In this document: positions 8,501 to 17,667 of the stretch, one piece after another | Position numbering within the stretch: position 1 is the first letter of the stretch | How the letters are laid out: every line of letters starts with the position of its first letter | IMG/VR virus record: IMGVR_UViG_3300020043_001414 | Span: 1-30,870 of that record | DNA length: 30,870 nucleotides | Reading direction: 5' to 3' (one strand) | Origin: a virus | Lineage: Duplodnaviria > Caudoviricetes | The notes under the pieces: model-generated | The model's input: only the letters and a program-made list of their open reading frames with translations | What the model was told of the DNA's origin: nothing | Database searches by the model: none | Position numbers and translations under genes: made by a program

Positions 8501-10075
8501 ACCGTCATTACTACTAAAAGCACTGACGTTGGCAATAGCACTTGTGGTTGCATTAGGTGCTTCTACACGCAAACCACTACTGTTGCCAGTTGTGCTACGA
8601 ACTACAGGACGGTTAGCACGATCATTGTTTTCATTATAACCAATTAAAGTTGCAGGCGCTAAATTGACATTGTTGCCTTGCACAGTTAAATCATCTGTGG
8701 CTGTGATATCAGCAAAAGTCACATTGCTGGTTGTAGCAATGCTTTGTGGCAAACTCAATGTAACTGCACCAGTTGAACTGCTGGCAATAACTTGATCTGC
8801 TGTGCCTGTAATGCTTGTAACACCTGCGGCAGCAGAAGCATCAACATAAGCCTTGGTTGTTAGGTCTAACGGATCAGTAGGACCACTTGGGTTCAACGAA
8901 GCATAAGCAGTGATGTTATCAACAAATGTTAGACTTGTCCCACTTGGACCTAAAACACCACTTGTGTATTTGCCTGTTTGGATACGCAACGGAGTAGTTA
9001 AATTACCACGAGCGTTGATGTTGATAAATGAGCCGTTATCAGTGTCGTTTGTGTTAAACGCACTTAGCACAGCACTTGCACTGGTAGTTGCATTAGGTGC
9101 TTCCACACGGAAACCACTGGTGTTGCCAGTTGTGCTACGAACCACAGGACGATTTAAACGGTCGTTTGCTTCACTGTAGGCAATAATAGTGCCTTGTGCC
9201 AAACCAACTTGTGTTCCATCAACTGCAAAACTGTTGCGAACCACAGTAGTGCCAACACCACTGCTGGCACCAATTTCTAAAGTTGTTGCTTCGTCAAATG
9301 CATAGATTGTTGTAGGCGAATTTAACAAGTTAAATGTGCCTGTGTTGTCTGTGTAAAGTGTATCTACACCAATCAATCCAACATTACCATCAAAAGCACC
9401 AATTTTAATACCGCCTGTGGTAGTTGTGATTGTGTTGTTGTCTGTGATACCAACAGTGATATTGCCAAGGTCAGCACCTGGGGCAGTAATGTCGCCTATA
9501 AATGTGCCAATGCCTTCTACCAACAAATCATTGTTGATATTGGTTTCACCTGTATCAGAACCAATGTTTAAGGTTGTTGCGGCTCTAAAAGCATTAACAA
9601 CAGTTGGTTGGTTCAACAAGTTAAATGTTGCGGTGTTGTCTGTGTAAATTGTAGTAACATCTGGCAACTTTACAATACCAGTAGCACTGCCTACTCGCAA
9701 CTCACCACTTGTAGTTGTAATTGTTTGGTCGTCAGCAACACCAATGGTAATTAAACCAAAATCTGCGCCTTCTGCTGTAACACTGCCATCTACCACCAAG
9801 TTGTTGTTGATGGTAGTTGTGCCTGTATCTGCACCAATATTCACTGCTGTTGCACTGGCACCTAAATTAACTGTTGTTGCGTTGGCTGGAAAAATATTGC
9901 CAGTTGTGGCTGTTGTTAAAATGTTGCCACTTAAAACGATTAAATCACCACGAACTACTAAATCACCTTCTGGCGTTGGGATAGGCGTGTCAGCACCACC
10001 ATACAAACTGGTTGAGTTTGTTGATTGTGTATTTTGCTGATTAACATTGCCGTATAAACTTGAACTGCTTGTCAT
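5540..10075 (-). CDS. Long tail fibre / receptor-binding protein, 1511 aa
   Basis: Thr/Gly/Asn-rich repeats, LTTKAYVD fibre motifs, C-terminal C1q/BclA-like beta domain (GRYNLQFSVQV...IWLRKNGVDV). Start set at ATG 10075 by SD TAAGGA. Confidence 0.85.
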   Translation of the reverse strand: MTSSSSLYGNVNQQNTQSTNSTSLYGGADTPIPTPEGDLVVRGDLIVLSGNILTTATTGNIFPANATTVNLGASATAVNIGADTGTTTINNNLVVDGSVTAEGADFGLITIGVADDQTITTTSGELRVGSATGIVKLPDVTTIYTDNTATFNLLNQPTVVNAFRAATTLNIGSDTGETNINNDLLVEGIGTFIGDITAPGADLGNITVGITDNNTITTTTGGIKIGAFDGNVGLIGVDTLYTDNTGTFNLLNSPTTIYAFDEATTLEIGASSGVGTTVVRNSFAVDGTQVGLAQGTIIAYSEANDRLNRPVVRSTTGNTSGFRVEAPNATTSASAVLSAFNTNDTDNGSFININARGNLTTPLRIQTGKYTSGVLGPSGTSLTFVDNITAYASLNPSGPTDPLDLTTKAYVDASAAAGVTSITGTADQVIASSSTGAVTLSLPQSIATTSNVTFADITATDDLTVQGNNVNLAPATLIGYNENNDRANRPVVRSTTGNSSGLRVEAPNATTSAIANVSAFSSNDGDNGKFINISARGAATTDLRIQTGKYTAGVLGASGTVVSFVDNITTYATVNPSGPTNPLDLTTKAYVDALPANITYTIDSSATTGGANLNLVGSDATTDTIKFAGGTNVTVVATDANTITINAPDTNTTYTQNFSSTTGGTNLNLVGSDSTTDTVKFADGTGVTVSYTDANTATVAIGQAVGTTDNVQFNGVTTNSLTTGTVNANGGVSFVNTAPLGGTYATINPFGPFNTDDLTTVGYVNSVLPTVVTYTQDASATTGGANLNLVGSDATTDTVKFSGSGATTVSQTSANEITISSTDTNTTYTQDVSSTTGGANLNLVGSDATTDSVKFAGGTNVTVVATDANTMTINAVDTNTTYTIDASSTTGGANLNLVGSDASTDTVKIAQGTGVSVTQTSANEISVAIGQSVGTGDSPSFAGISAGNISVGVATDNTITTTNTNGDLVLAANGTGAIVLSENTRLQGEMQASTNLNYVFPPQTLNTVTDNNGYSAASSFPAGTNGYGASMSYTHYYGDTLAGTATAPGFTFRNANGNSSTGDTIPFTGLTSVAPSAIGTGNVMGTQNFSGYATTGFANDLATQYQGGGINALQTMQVQSYAAENFSDSTLTLNSTNVTAIASSFRATMGTPTVVGTKGQIQYSGTSGAVGQAVRVTGTLTGTATGIVSGQTYYMIVYSNNGTNSFATLSATPGGSPITTTAGTLTGLTLIRCSISFTTTGLTNVPFGRGALVTVTGITNVTDGTYPVWGTPTTATFSLGVPHTVAPTVAGAQTFSCLTAYMGAAFRIRAFPLATPANLQNRLEIVDISPAAATFRSNSFTFNTGAYGNTGVGVTGNNINYNRVFGQFEYNTTITPAAINTAAVFPLGTAATNNIATVGSTSRLIAGAAGRYNLQFSVQVNNADTGQDHVAYIWLRKNGVDVVGSTGRVTVAKSVGTISGWNYLVTSANTTDYWEIAYAVEDLNITFPFYAATAFAPSTASVITTLTPVGA
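7300..8285 (-). repeat. Five copies of a ~52-aa repeat (TYT..S.TTGGANLNLVGSDATTD.VKF) in the tail fibre
   Basis: Visible in the translation and as ccaccwgttgtag...aagtt repeats in the DNA. Confidence 0.85.
8298..9180 (-). repeat. Two ~115-aa duplicated modules in the tail fibre, 540 bp apart
   Basis: NDR.NRPVVRSTTGN.SG.RVEAPNATTSA...LTTKAYVDA occurs twice. 37 identical bp at 8298-8334 and 8838-8874. Confidence 0.85.
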
Positions 10076-10085
10076 TTTGTGTTCC

Positions 10086-11294
10086 TTATTTGATGTTGTA
10101 TTGGCGATACTGTCGTGGTTGCCATACACTTGTTAAACGAGTGTGACCACCACTCCACTTGCCAAGGTTGTTTTGATCTTCAACCACATTCCAAGCATCT
10201 TGGAACTTGGCTTGATAAACTGCGGCATCAGTATCGTTGTGGCGTTTGATGTAATATTCACGCAGAGTTGCATACACATAACCTTCAGGCCAAGTTTGTA
10301 GCACTGCGTTGTTTTGAACAGTCAAGCCAGTTTGAGTAATACCTGTAACAGTGCCCGTATCTGGGATAGTGCCACCTGTTGTTGTGGCTGTGATGCTTGT
10401 CGAACTTACAATACTAGCAACACGAGTAACACCACCTGCGCCAAAACTACCAGTTCCGTCAAGGGCGTAAATTTCGTCACCAACTGCCAAGTCACCTACA
10501 CTGGTCATGCCAGTGATAGTAAATGTCCAAGGACCACTACCTGTAATGCTACCAACTGTGCCTGTAGCACTGATAACTTCGTCTGTGACAGGAGCAAACA
10601 ACAAGGGCCAAGCCTTGTAGTAATACATGTTGATTAGGTCGCCTTCAGCAATGTAAGGTAAGAATTGATACTTGTTATACACTTCAGAAAACTTACCACG
10701 AATAACTGCTGGCACATTAACTGGTTGTAGGTATAACTGAGCAATCATGCTTTGTGTGATAATATCACGATCACCAATACGGTCATACACAATCCAAGGA
10801 CCAGTATTACTTGCCGCATTGCCTGTTGTGGCAAATACGATAGTGCCACTTACTGTGCCTGTGTTGGGCAAACTCAATGTGATAACACTGCCACTTCCAC
10901 CGCCACCTGTAATATTGGTAATAGTTGCACCAATGGCAATACCAGTGCCTGTGACCAACATGTTGTTGGTAAGCACTTGTGCTGGGATGCTGGTTAATGT
11001 GATGGTTGTTTGACCACTAGTGCCTGTTGCTGTAGCACTGGTTGTAACTTGCTGTCCTTGCTTGAAGAACAAGATTGGCTTGTTCATGTCGCCTGGAATT
11101 GGGATGCGTCCGTTGGCATCAGCAACGCCAATATTTTCTGGAGCATACGGATCACTGCGTAGTGCTGGCAGTTCGATGTTACGCATGCTCATCTCTGCCA
11201 TGAAAATGCACTGCTTGATTTCTGTATCGTTTGTGCTACCAGTGAAGTCTTTGATAAAACTTACAAGATCATCGCCTGTTGGGATAATAAACAT
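10086..11294 (-). CDS. Head-tail adaptor protein with two inserted Thr/Gly-rich beta domains
   Basis: N-terminal DLVSFIKDF...IFMAEMSMR and C-terminal VLQTWPEGYVYATL...YQAKFQDA resemble podovirus adaptors. Position downstream of the capsid gene. Confidence 0.7.
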   Translation of the reverse strand: MFIIPTGDDLVSFIKDFTGSTNDTEIKQCIFMAEMSMRNIELPALRSDPYAPENIGVADANGRIPIPGDMNKPILFFKQGQQVTTSATATGTSGQTTITLTSIPAQVLTNNMLVTGTGIAIGATITNITGGGGSGSVITLSLPNTGTVSGTIVFATTGNAASNTGPWIVYDRIGDRDIITQSMIAQLYLQPVNVPAVIRGKFSEVYNKYQFLPYIAEGDLINMYYYKAWPLLFAPVTDEVISATGTVGSITGSGPWTFTITGMTSVGDLAVGDEIYALDGTGSFGAGGVTRVASIVSSTSITATTTGGTIPDTGTVTGITQTGLTVQNNAVLQTWPEGYVYATLREYYIKRHNDTDAAVYQAKFQDAWNVVEDQNNLGKWSGGHTRLTSVWQPRQYRQYNIK

Positions 11295-11296
11295 TC

Positions 11297-11878
11297 TTAA
11301 TTTCCTTTAAAGTATTTCTTTTCACCCCGTTTAGTTGGATAGGCAACTGAAACTGGGATTGGCAATTTGCCACCTGGATAGCACACATACTCAGGATATT
11401 CTGTTTCTACCACGCGATAGAATTGTGCTTTTAGAGTGCGATCATTCTTTAATGCTGCCCAAGGAATACCATCAAAGTATTGGTCACTGATACGAATACT
11501 TATAACGGTTGGTAATTCCATCCACTTGTAAGTTAATTTGCCATCTTCTCCAATTGGTGCAAGAGGGTCTGGAACACCTAATTCTGCCGCATGACGGTAA
11601 TTCTTGACTCGCAACTTGATTTCATCTGTGTTCATCTGTTCGCGGGTGATGTAAAACTTACCATCTTGGCGTCCAGTTGTGACTTTGATGTTGTTGCCTT
11701 TGTTCCATGCGGTTCGTGTCCAATCGCCTTTCATACTGCGATAAAGATTGTCGTTTGTTAGCAGTTTGTCTGCTATACCGTTGTGTTGAGTAACCATGCC
11801 ACCATGATCTTGTCTCCAATAATCATAGTTCTTTTCTGGGTCACTGTTGTCTAGGTATTCTGGGGTATCATTGCTCAT
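11297..11878 (-). CDS. Hypothetical virion-module protein, 193 aa
   Basis: Clean ORF, ATG 5 nt after CTAAATA at 11884-11890. Confidence 0.8.
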   Translation of the reverse strand: MSNDTPEYLDNSDPEKNYDYWRQDHGGMVTQHNGIADKLLTNDNLYRSMKGDWTRTAWNKGNNIKVTTGRQDGKFYITREQMNTDEIKLRVKNYRHAAELGVPDPLAPIGEDGKLTYKWMELPTVISIRISDQYFDGIPWAALKNDRTLKAQFYRVVETEYPEYVCYPGGKLPIPVSVAYPTKRGEKKYFKGN

Positions 11879-11882
11879 AGTG

Positions 11883-12215
11883 TTATTTAGCGTTGGCGCG
11901 TTGCGCCATTTTTTTCCATTCTTTATTTTTTTGAGTCTTTAATCTATGGCAATTCGCACACAATGTTCGTAGATTTGATAACTCATTATTAAAATGATTT
12001 CCATCTATATGATCTACATCTAATTGGCATCTATGTTCAGGTATAAACCCACATTCCTCGCATTGATCTTTTTTATGTCTTGTATATGTTTTATCATTGC
12101 AAGAATCACATATACGTCTGTATCGTATAATATCTGTGTTTTTAACCCTATAATTGTGTTTGCCAGGATTTACATTGCATATTTTACATATTGGTCTTGG
12201 GAGTTGTCGTTGCAT
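11883..12215 (-). CDS. HNH endonuclease with Zn-binding CxxC pairs
   Basis: CEECG...LDVDHIDGNHFNNELSNLRTLCANCHR. More AT-rich than its neighbours. Confidence 0.9.
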   Translation of the reverse strand: MQRQLPRPICKICNVNPGKHNYRVKNTDIIRYRRICDSCNDKTYTRHKKDQCEECGFIPEHRCQLDVDHIDGNHFNNELSNLRTLCANCHRLKTQKNKEWKKMAQRANAK

Positions 12216-12226
12216 GCTATACTTAT

Positions 12227-12254
12227 AAAAAAAGGGCTACAATGTAGCCCTTTT
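12227..12254 (-). terminator. Intrinsic terminator after the major capsid gene, potentially bidirectional
   Basis: AAAAGGGCTAC-AAT-GTAGCCCTTTT with a 7-nt U-run on the - strand that abuts TATAAGTA at 12220-12227. Confidence 0.8.
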
Positions 12255-12281
12255 CTGTGTTTTCCAAAATCCTATTACAGA

Positions 12282-13457
12282 TTAGGGAGTAACATCGCCT
12301 GCGCCAATATTTACACGGCTTACTAGGGCTGCTGGACGAGCACCTGGTAAAGCAGATTGTGCATCTGTGCCTGCAACGATGTTGTTCAACATACCAACAC
12401 CTGCTGGGTTACGCACAATTAGTGTGCCTTCAAGTAAAAATTGATCTAAACTTGCGTCAGCGTTCGAGAACACTTCGTTGTTTGGACCTAGATCACGTAA
12501 AGAACCCCACTGAACAACATCTTCGTTCAAGAAGTAAATGCTGTTGCTTACACCTGCTTGGTCCATGATCCATGAATCGTGGATTTCGTAAGAGTAGTTG
12601 AAGTCACCTTCGTATGTCTGAATTGTGTCGCCACGAGCAGAATCAACACGGTTGATACCACGAGATTGTGCAATGTTATCAGAGATAGAAGTGCGTAGGC
12701 TTGTTGGAGCAACAACAGTGCGAATCTTCGCATTGTAACGCTGTTCAGCAACAGTTACCAACTGCTTGTATAGAGCAGGAGAGAACAACTGGTTTGTGAA
12801 TGTGCCAGCGTAGTAAGCACTACCGTTAGCATAAACACGTAGGGCGTTAGAAGCCTGAACAGAACTGTCTGTATCTTCGTTGTTCAAGAATGTGTCTAAA
12901 CCACTCAATGTGCCAGAAGTTGTGTTGAAGGATTGTGTGCCTGCGAAAGCAGCCAACGAACCCATACGACGACCAGTTTGACCACTTGGCAAGCCAGAGG
13001 CTGAACCAGTTTGACCAGCATACTTTGTGCCAATTTGGTCGTTACGAACCAATTGCATCTCAACGTCAAACATCAATTCGATCAACTGCTTAACTTCTTG
13101 GTATGCTTGTGGGTCGCCACCAGCCTGCATAACTGCTCGTGCTGTGCCGCTAGATGCGATAACAGTAGAGAAGATTTGTGTGTAGTTACCCAAGTTGTAA
13201 CGAGAGTTAGACTCTGCACCTGCTGTAGAAACAGCGGCACCTTCAACTTGTGCTTGAACTGCTGGAGCGCGATAGATATCGTCAGTCCATAATGGTAAAG
13301 TAGAATTAACTTTACGCTTTTTTGACATAGCCATGTTTAGAACAGGTGTATCGTCCTTAACACGGTTGGACACATCTAGGTCCAAGTCTTTTACAACAAT
13401 ATCGCTTCCGTAAGCGGTCGTTCCGTTACCAATCTGCGATGTGGTGATTTCTGCCAT
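12282..13457 (-). CDS. Major capsid protein (SU10-like / DUF5309-type, HK97 fold)
   Basis: DTPVL, WTDD, GNYTQIFS..I..SGT and LLEGTL.VRNP motifs. Follows the scaffold, has a strong SD and a downstream terminator. Confidence 0.9.
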   Translation of the reverse strand: MAEITTSQIGNGTTAYGSDIVVKDLDLDVSNRVKDDTPVLNMAMSKKRKVNSTLPLWTDDIYRAPAVQAQVEGAAVSTAGAESNSRYNLGNYTQIFSTVIASSGTARAVMQAGGDPQAYQEVKQLIELMFDVEMQLVRNDQIGTKYAGQTGSASGLPSGQTGRRMGSLAAFAGTQSFNTTSGTLSGLDTFLNNEDTDSSVQASNALRVYANGSAYYAGTFTNQLFSPALYKQLVTVAEQRYNAKIRTVVAPTSLRTSISDNIAQSRGINRVDSARGDTIQTYEGDFNYSYEIHDSWIMDQAGVSNSIYFLNEDVVQWGSLRDLGPNNEVFSNADASLDQFLLEGTLIVRNPAGVGMLNNIVAGTDAQSALPGARPAALVSRVNIGAGDVTP

Positions 13458-13479
13458 GATTTTATTCCTTTAAAATAAA

Positions 13480-14649
13480 TTACCTTGAACCTCTTGACTG
13501 TCGCAATCTTTGCAACTGAGCCACTAAGAGGTTGTCTGCGGCTTTTTTGTCGCCGCCTTTGGCTTGCTCACGAAGTTTTGAGATATCACTATCTCCACTG
13601 CCACGCTGTGTTGATGATCCTTTACGACTTGTCAATGCCGCCATGCTATTACCAGCACTTTTTGCGGCGGGTTTGTCTCTGTATCGCAAACCATCACGGA
13701 CTAGGCTTAACAATCCTTCGTCACTTGATAGCAAGTCAATATTGGCAACGCCTGGAATAATCTCACCACGGGCTTCAGGCCATAGTTTCGCAATCTTGTC
13801 TCGCACTTCATTAAAGACAAATTCATTTTTCAGTTCTTTGTCTGTAAAGTTCTTACGAGCATGATCTAAACGCTCTACTACCTGTTGGGCACGCACTGCA
13901 CGGAACTGATCTACTGCTGGCTTCAACTGTCCAATGACTTGTTGTTGCTGGCGAATATATTGTTCGTTTTGTTGCATACCTGCCTGAATCCGCGCAATTT
14001 GCGCTGGATCACGGGTTTGTGCTAACTGCTGTTGGAAAGTTGTTTGATAAGATTGTGTTTTTAGAATCTCATCATAGGCTTTCTGCAACTTGGGTTGCAC
14101 AGTAAATTCCATTGCCAAAGTCAAACCTTCTTGTCTTGATCGCACATCGTTTAAGTATTCCTCAAACTCTGCCTTATCAACTTTTAGTTGGCGTGCTTCT
14201 TCGTGTATTGCGCTACCTTGACCTAGAATGGCTGCGGCTTTCTTGGCATCAATGATAACTTCTTTACCATTCTTCATAAATTTGAATTTGGCGTTTGGGT
14301 TCGTTTCTGCGAACTCAATAAAGTCAATCAATTCGTTTGCACTAGAATCATTACTATCAGTGCTTACAGTATCATCATACTGGGCATCTGCTTCTTGATT
14401 GTCGCTGGCATATTCTGTGTCGCTAGTATCAGCAACTTCAGCATCAGCATTATCGCTGGGTGCTACAGGGCTTGAGTCTGCTGCCGCATCGTCTTGACCT
14501 GTTGCAGTTGGTTCAGTGGCACGAATTTGGTTACGCATGGTGGTTTCACGCATTGCGGTCATTTTCTGTGCTATAGAGTCCAAACTTGGAACTGCGCTTT
14601 GACTAGTATCCGCACCTGGGGTGTTAGGACTTGTCGTTGTATCTGTCAT
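13480..14649 (-). CDS. Capsid scaffolding protein
   Basis: Acidic disordered N-terminus, KFMKNGKEV, Gln-rich coiled coil, basic C-terminus. Lies between portal and capsid. Confidence 0.8.
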   Translation of the reverse strand: MTDTTTSPNTPGADTSQSAVPSLDSIAQKMTAMRETTMRNQIRATEPTATGQDDAAADSSPVAPSDNADAEVADTSDTEYASDNQEADAQYDDTVSTDSNDSSANELIDFIEFAETNPNAKFKFMKNGKEVIIDAKKAAAILGQGSAIHEEARQLKVDKAEFEEYLNDVRSRQEGLTLAMEFTVQPKLQKAYDEILKTQSYQTTFQQQLAQTRDPAQIARIQAGMQQNEQYIRQQQQVIGQLKPAVDQFRAVRAQQVVERLDHARKNFTDKELKNEFVFNEVRDKIAKLWPEARGEIIPGVANIDLLSSDEGLLSLVRDGLRYRDKPAAKSAGNSMAALTSRKGSSTQRGSGDSDISKLREQAKGGDKKAADNLLVAQLQRLRQSRGSR

Positions 14650-14695
14650 ATCTATCCTTAAATTGTATAGGGTCCGTATGGATTACCTGTATGTT

Positions 14696-14702
14696 TATTT
14701 AG
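14696..14702 (-). promoter_or_regulatory. Late-like promoter motif CTAAATA for the scaffold-capsid operon
   Basis: Intergenic and independent of the upstream stop codon. Confidence 0.65.
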
Positions 14703-14709
14703 TATTTGT

Positions 14710-15063
14710 TTATTGTTCTGTCGAAATATTTTCTGTGGCTTCTGCTCTCAACAACACTGTTCGTTTATAAACAGCACTTTTCAGTGTATTCACAAAACTA
14801 TCAATGCCACTTAACTGGTTTGCCAGTGCTACTCGTTCTGCATTTGCGTCTGGAGTATGAGTGCGAATGTTTGCTATGGTATCGTTGATTGAAAACTTAA
14901 AATGATGTATAAATTGTGCTAAATCACGATTTTTCAGCAGGGCTTCTGCCAAACTTCCATAATTTTTTACAGCATCTCGCTGACTTGGCGTAAGTTTCTT
15001 AACATTACTTGTATCAATTGTGAGCCTACGATTGTAGGCATCAACTGCTTCTTCACTAATCAT
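14710..15063 (-). CDS. Small hypothetical protein between portal and scaffold
   Basis: SD TAAGGA, helical ORF at a position commonly occupied in podovirus head modules. Confidence 0.8.
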   Translation of the reverse strand: MISEEAVDAYNRRLTIDTSNVKKLTPSQRDAVKNYGSLAEALLKNRDLAQFIHHFKFSINDTIANIRTHTPDANAERVALANQLSGIDSFVNTLKSAVYKRTVLLRAEATENISTEQ

Positions 15064-15087
15064 TGCGTTTCCTTAAAATTGTAGTTA

Positions 15088-17367
15088 TCAGTTGTTGTAG
15101 TCAGTTGGTTTGCCAGCCGCCATACTCATAAAGTTCAATTGCGAGTTGGCATCAGTGCCAGCAATTTCTGCTTCAATTTGTTTGGCTTTGGTTTCATTCA
15201 ACTTGGCTACAGAGATATCTTTCTGATCCACTGGGCTTGGTTGCTTGTTTGCACCTGCGGCTTTGCCTGCTTCAATCATTGCCATGACTTCTTCATCAGT
15301 TGGCAAGTATGTGTTGCAGTCTTTTACGCCTAGCACATATAAGGTATCTTCAAACGGCTTTTTAACTTTCTTGAACATTTCTGGTGTTAAACTGCCAGCA
15401 CCAACCATTGCTTGAACCATTTGATACAAGTCTGTTTGGCACTTTTGGATAATTTGTAGGCGGCTCAGTGCGTTTTCATCACTCATCATGCCCAACGCCA
15501 ATTCCAAATGCACTTGTTTGCGATCACAGAAGTTCATGTCATCCCATGCTAGGAAGTCTAAGAACTCTGGCTTCTTGTCTGGGTGACTTGCTTGTGCCAA
15601 TTTCTTAACACCATAGTCATCACCATACTGAATTAAGGTGCGCCATACCAACCATAGTGCTTCTTTCAAACCTTCTGCCGCATTGCGAACTGTGTTGTCT
15701 TGAATAATTTGGTTAGGACTCAATGCCATTTGCAACTTGATACCTGAATTGCCAGGTGCCATAACTTCTGGATTGAACACATCTTGTGGTGTAGTCATAC
15801 CTACCATTGCCATAGTATCTTGTTGAATACGGTTCATTGCAACTTCTAAGAACTGCAAGTTACCAGAAGGAGGTGGCATTTGGTAAATGTCTTTGCTTGG
15901 GTCAAACTTGCTATCTAAAATAAAGATTGCACTTTCACCGTCTTGCATCATTTCAAAATCAACACGGTCTGGTTTAACACCAATACGAGGCGTAGCAGTT
16001 AGCAAGCCCAATTGAATTTCAGCACGAGCCGCACTGGTTTGGTATTCCTGCATTGGAATAACACTTTCAGCAATACTCATACCATAGAAGTTTCCTGGCA
16101 GTGGCTTTGGACACATGTTGGCAACAGGAATAAACTCTACTTCTCTAGCACTAATGATGTAACTACCACTATAGATAAGTTCTACTAGTTCTAATTCACC
16201 ATCACCGTCAATGTCATACTTGTTCCAAACAGTAACGATACTGACTTGACGACTATCTGGGTCAGCACTTGCGGCACTACTTACAGGAATACCCATAACT
16301 GGCACACTGTCACGAGCGTGAATAGCCAAGTTGTTCAACACTGAACCTGCTTGATAAGCACCGTTCATGTTGTATTCTGCATACTCACGGAATTCTTCCA
16401 AGTTGATACCTGGATATAACTCTAGGGCTTCTTGAATTGTCATTGGGTCGTAGTAACCGCAGAAAGGTTGATCTTTCATTTCAGGCACAGTTGGATCACA
16501 AATCCAGTAGTGCTGTGCAATAGGATGGAAACGAATGTTGATGTTGTAGCCAGTTAGTTTATACTTGGCTTTGTATGTGGTGTTGCGACGAATACTGTCT
16601 TGAATAATGCTTTCTTGTTCGTCTAAGTTGCCTTGAACAATTGCATCGCCTTGCTCACCAAACTGTTGGGCTGCTTCATCACTTTCAGTAATGTCTAGCA
16701 TGAACTTTTGAGCAACGCCTTTGGCATATTCTGTTTTTTGTGAGCCTAGCAGTTGAGTGGCTTCTTCCATGACTTTCATCATATCCACTGTTTCACGGCG
16801 TTTGCTTTGGCGTAGTGCAGTTAAACCTGCTTCAGCGGCTTGTAATTCAAATGCTCGTAATTGGTCTGCGGTTCCGCTTGTTTCGACATAACGAACAATT
16901 TGCTCACGAACTGGCTTAATCATCATCATGCCGTTTTTGTGCATAACTGAGTCCATTGCCCAACGTTCCATCACAAAGTGCGGGTCATTCATTTGATTGA
17001 CAACCTTGCTGACCATGTTGGTGGCTTGTCTAGCCGCGACTTCATCTTCCTCGCCATCAGCAACAAAGTCAAAATTGATTTCGCCGTTGGGAGTAAGACC
17101 CTTGGCAATAACGGCTGTTGCGTAATCTACAACTGGTTTTACACTGGGATGGATGTAGTCAATGCCATTGACAGGTGCAGTAGAATCAGTAACTGCAAGG
17201 CACAGGTAGTGATAGTCTGACGCACGATTTACTGCGTTTTTGGTGCCTAGATAACGCAAGTAGGACGCCATTTTAACGTCCATTTGGTTCTTCATGCGGA
17301 CAAAAGTGGCATTAGTCTTGTTGTTCTGATTAATGTCCTGCACAGGGATATTCTTGATGTTTAACAT
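15088..17367 (-). CDS. Portal protein (P22-like, 759 aa)
   Basis: DEVAARQAT..V, D.DGDGELEL and P.P..FYGMSIAE.V.P.Q motifs. Downstream of TerL. Confidence 0.9.
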   Translation of the reverse strand: MLNIKNIPVQDINQNNKTNATFVRMKNQMDVKMASYLRYLGTKNAVNRASDYHYLCLAVTDSTAPVNGIDYIHPSVKPVVDYATAVIAKGLTPNGEINFDFVADGEEDEVAARQATNMVSKVVNQMNDPHFVMERWAMDSVMHKNGMMMIKPVREQIVRYVETSGTADQLRAFELQAAEAGLTALRQSKRRETVDMMKVMEEATQLLGSQKTEYAKGVAQKFMLDITESDEAAQQFGEQGDAIVQGNLDEQESIIQDSIRRNTTYKAKYKLTGYNINIRFHPIAQHYWICDPTVPEMKDQPFCGYYDPMTIQEALELYPGINLEEFREYAEYNMNGAYQAGSVLNNLAIHARDSVPVMGIPVSSAASADPDSRQVSIVTVWNKYDIDGDGELELVELIYSGSYIISAREVEFIPVANMCPKPLPGNFYGMSIAESVIPMQEYQTSAARAEIQLGLLTATPRIGVKPDRVDFEMMQDGESAIFILDSKFDPSKDIYQMPPPSGNLQFLEVAMNRIQQDTMAMVGMTTPQDVFNPEVMAPGNSGIKLQMALSPNQIIQDNTVRNAAEGLKEALWLVWRTLIQYGDDYGVKKLAQASHPDKKPEFLDFLAWDDMNFCDRKQVHLELALGMMSDENALSRLQIIQKCQTDLYQMVQAMVGAGSLTPEMFKKVKKPFEDTLYVLGVKDCNTYLPTDEEVMAMIEAGKAAGANKQPSPVDQKDISVAKLNETKAKQIEAEIAGTDANSQLNFMSMAAGKPTDYNN

Positions 17368-17394
17368 CTGGTTAAGTTTCCTTTACTGATTGCT

Positions 17395-17401
17395 TATTTA
17401 G
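17395..17401 (-). promoter_or_regulatory. Late-like promoter motif CTAAATA for the portal gene
   Basis: Intergenic, placed after a TGA stop so it is not a TAA stop artefact. Confidence 0.65.
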
Positions 17402-17403
17402 CA

Positions 17404-17658
17404 TCAGTTGTATTCGCCTGGCATAATGATGCGGGGCGTGTTTGCCTCCTCAACTTGCTTGGCATAGGCTTTTGCCACTTGTAAATCACACGCATGGCAG
17501 TAATATGGTCCATCCTCATCATCCATTTCGTAAATTGTGTGAGGAATATCGTTGGCTAACATAGCCATTTCAAACACTTTGGCATGGTTTTCACACAAAA
17601 TGGCAGGTGTTTGGTCTGCCACTGTTGTCAAAAACTTACCGTTCATTTCTTGTTTCAT
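17404..17658 (-). CDS. Small putative Zn-binding protein (CENH...CHAC)
   Basis: SD TAAGGA, CxxH and CxxC pairs. Confidence 0.7.
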   Translation of the reverse strand: MKQEMNGKFLTTVADQTPAILCENHAKVFEMAMLANDIPHTIYEMDDEDGPYYCHACDLQVAKAYAKQVEEANTPRIIMPGEYN

Positions 17659-17667
17659 TGCTGTTCC

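Noticed and set aside
7300-9180. Repeats considered as a CRISPR array or DGR template/variable pair
   Set aside because: They are in-frame protein repeats with synonymous divergence. There are no unique spacers, no adenine-specific pattern that I could see and no reverse transcriptase
10076-10129. Upstream extension of the tail fibre ORF to 10129, and similar extensions to 3185, 5506 and 19568
   Set aside because: Better ATG starts with SD sequences lie downstream, and some extensions overlap the upstream gene
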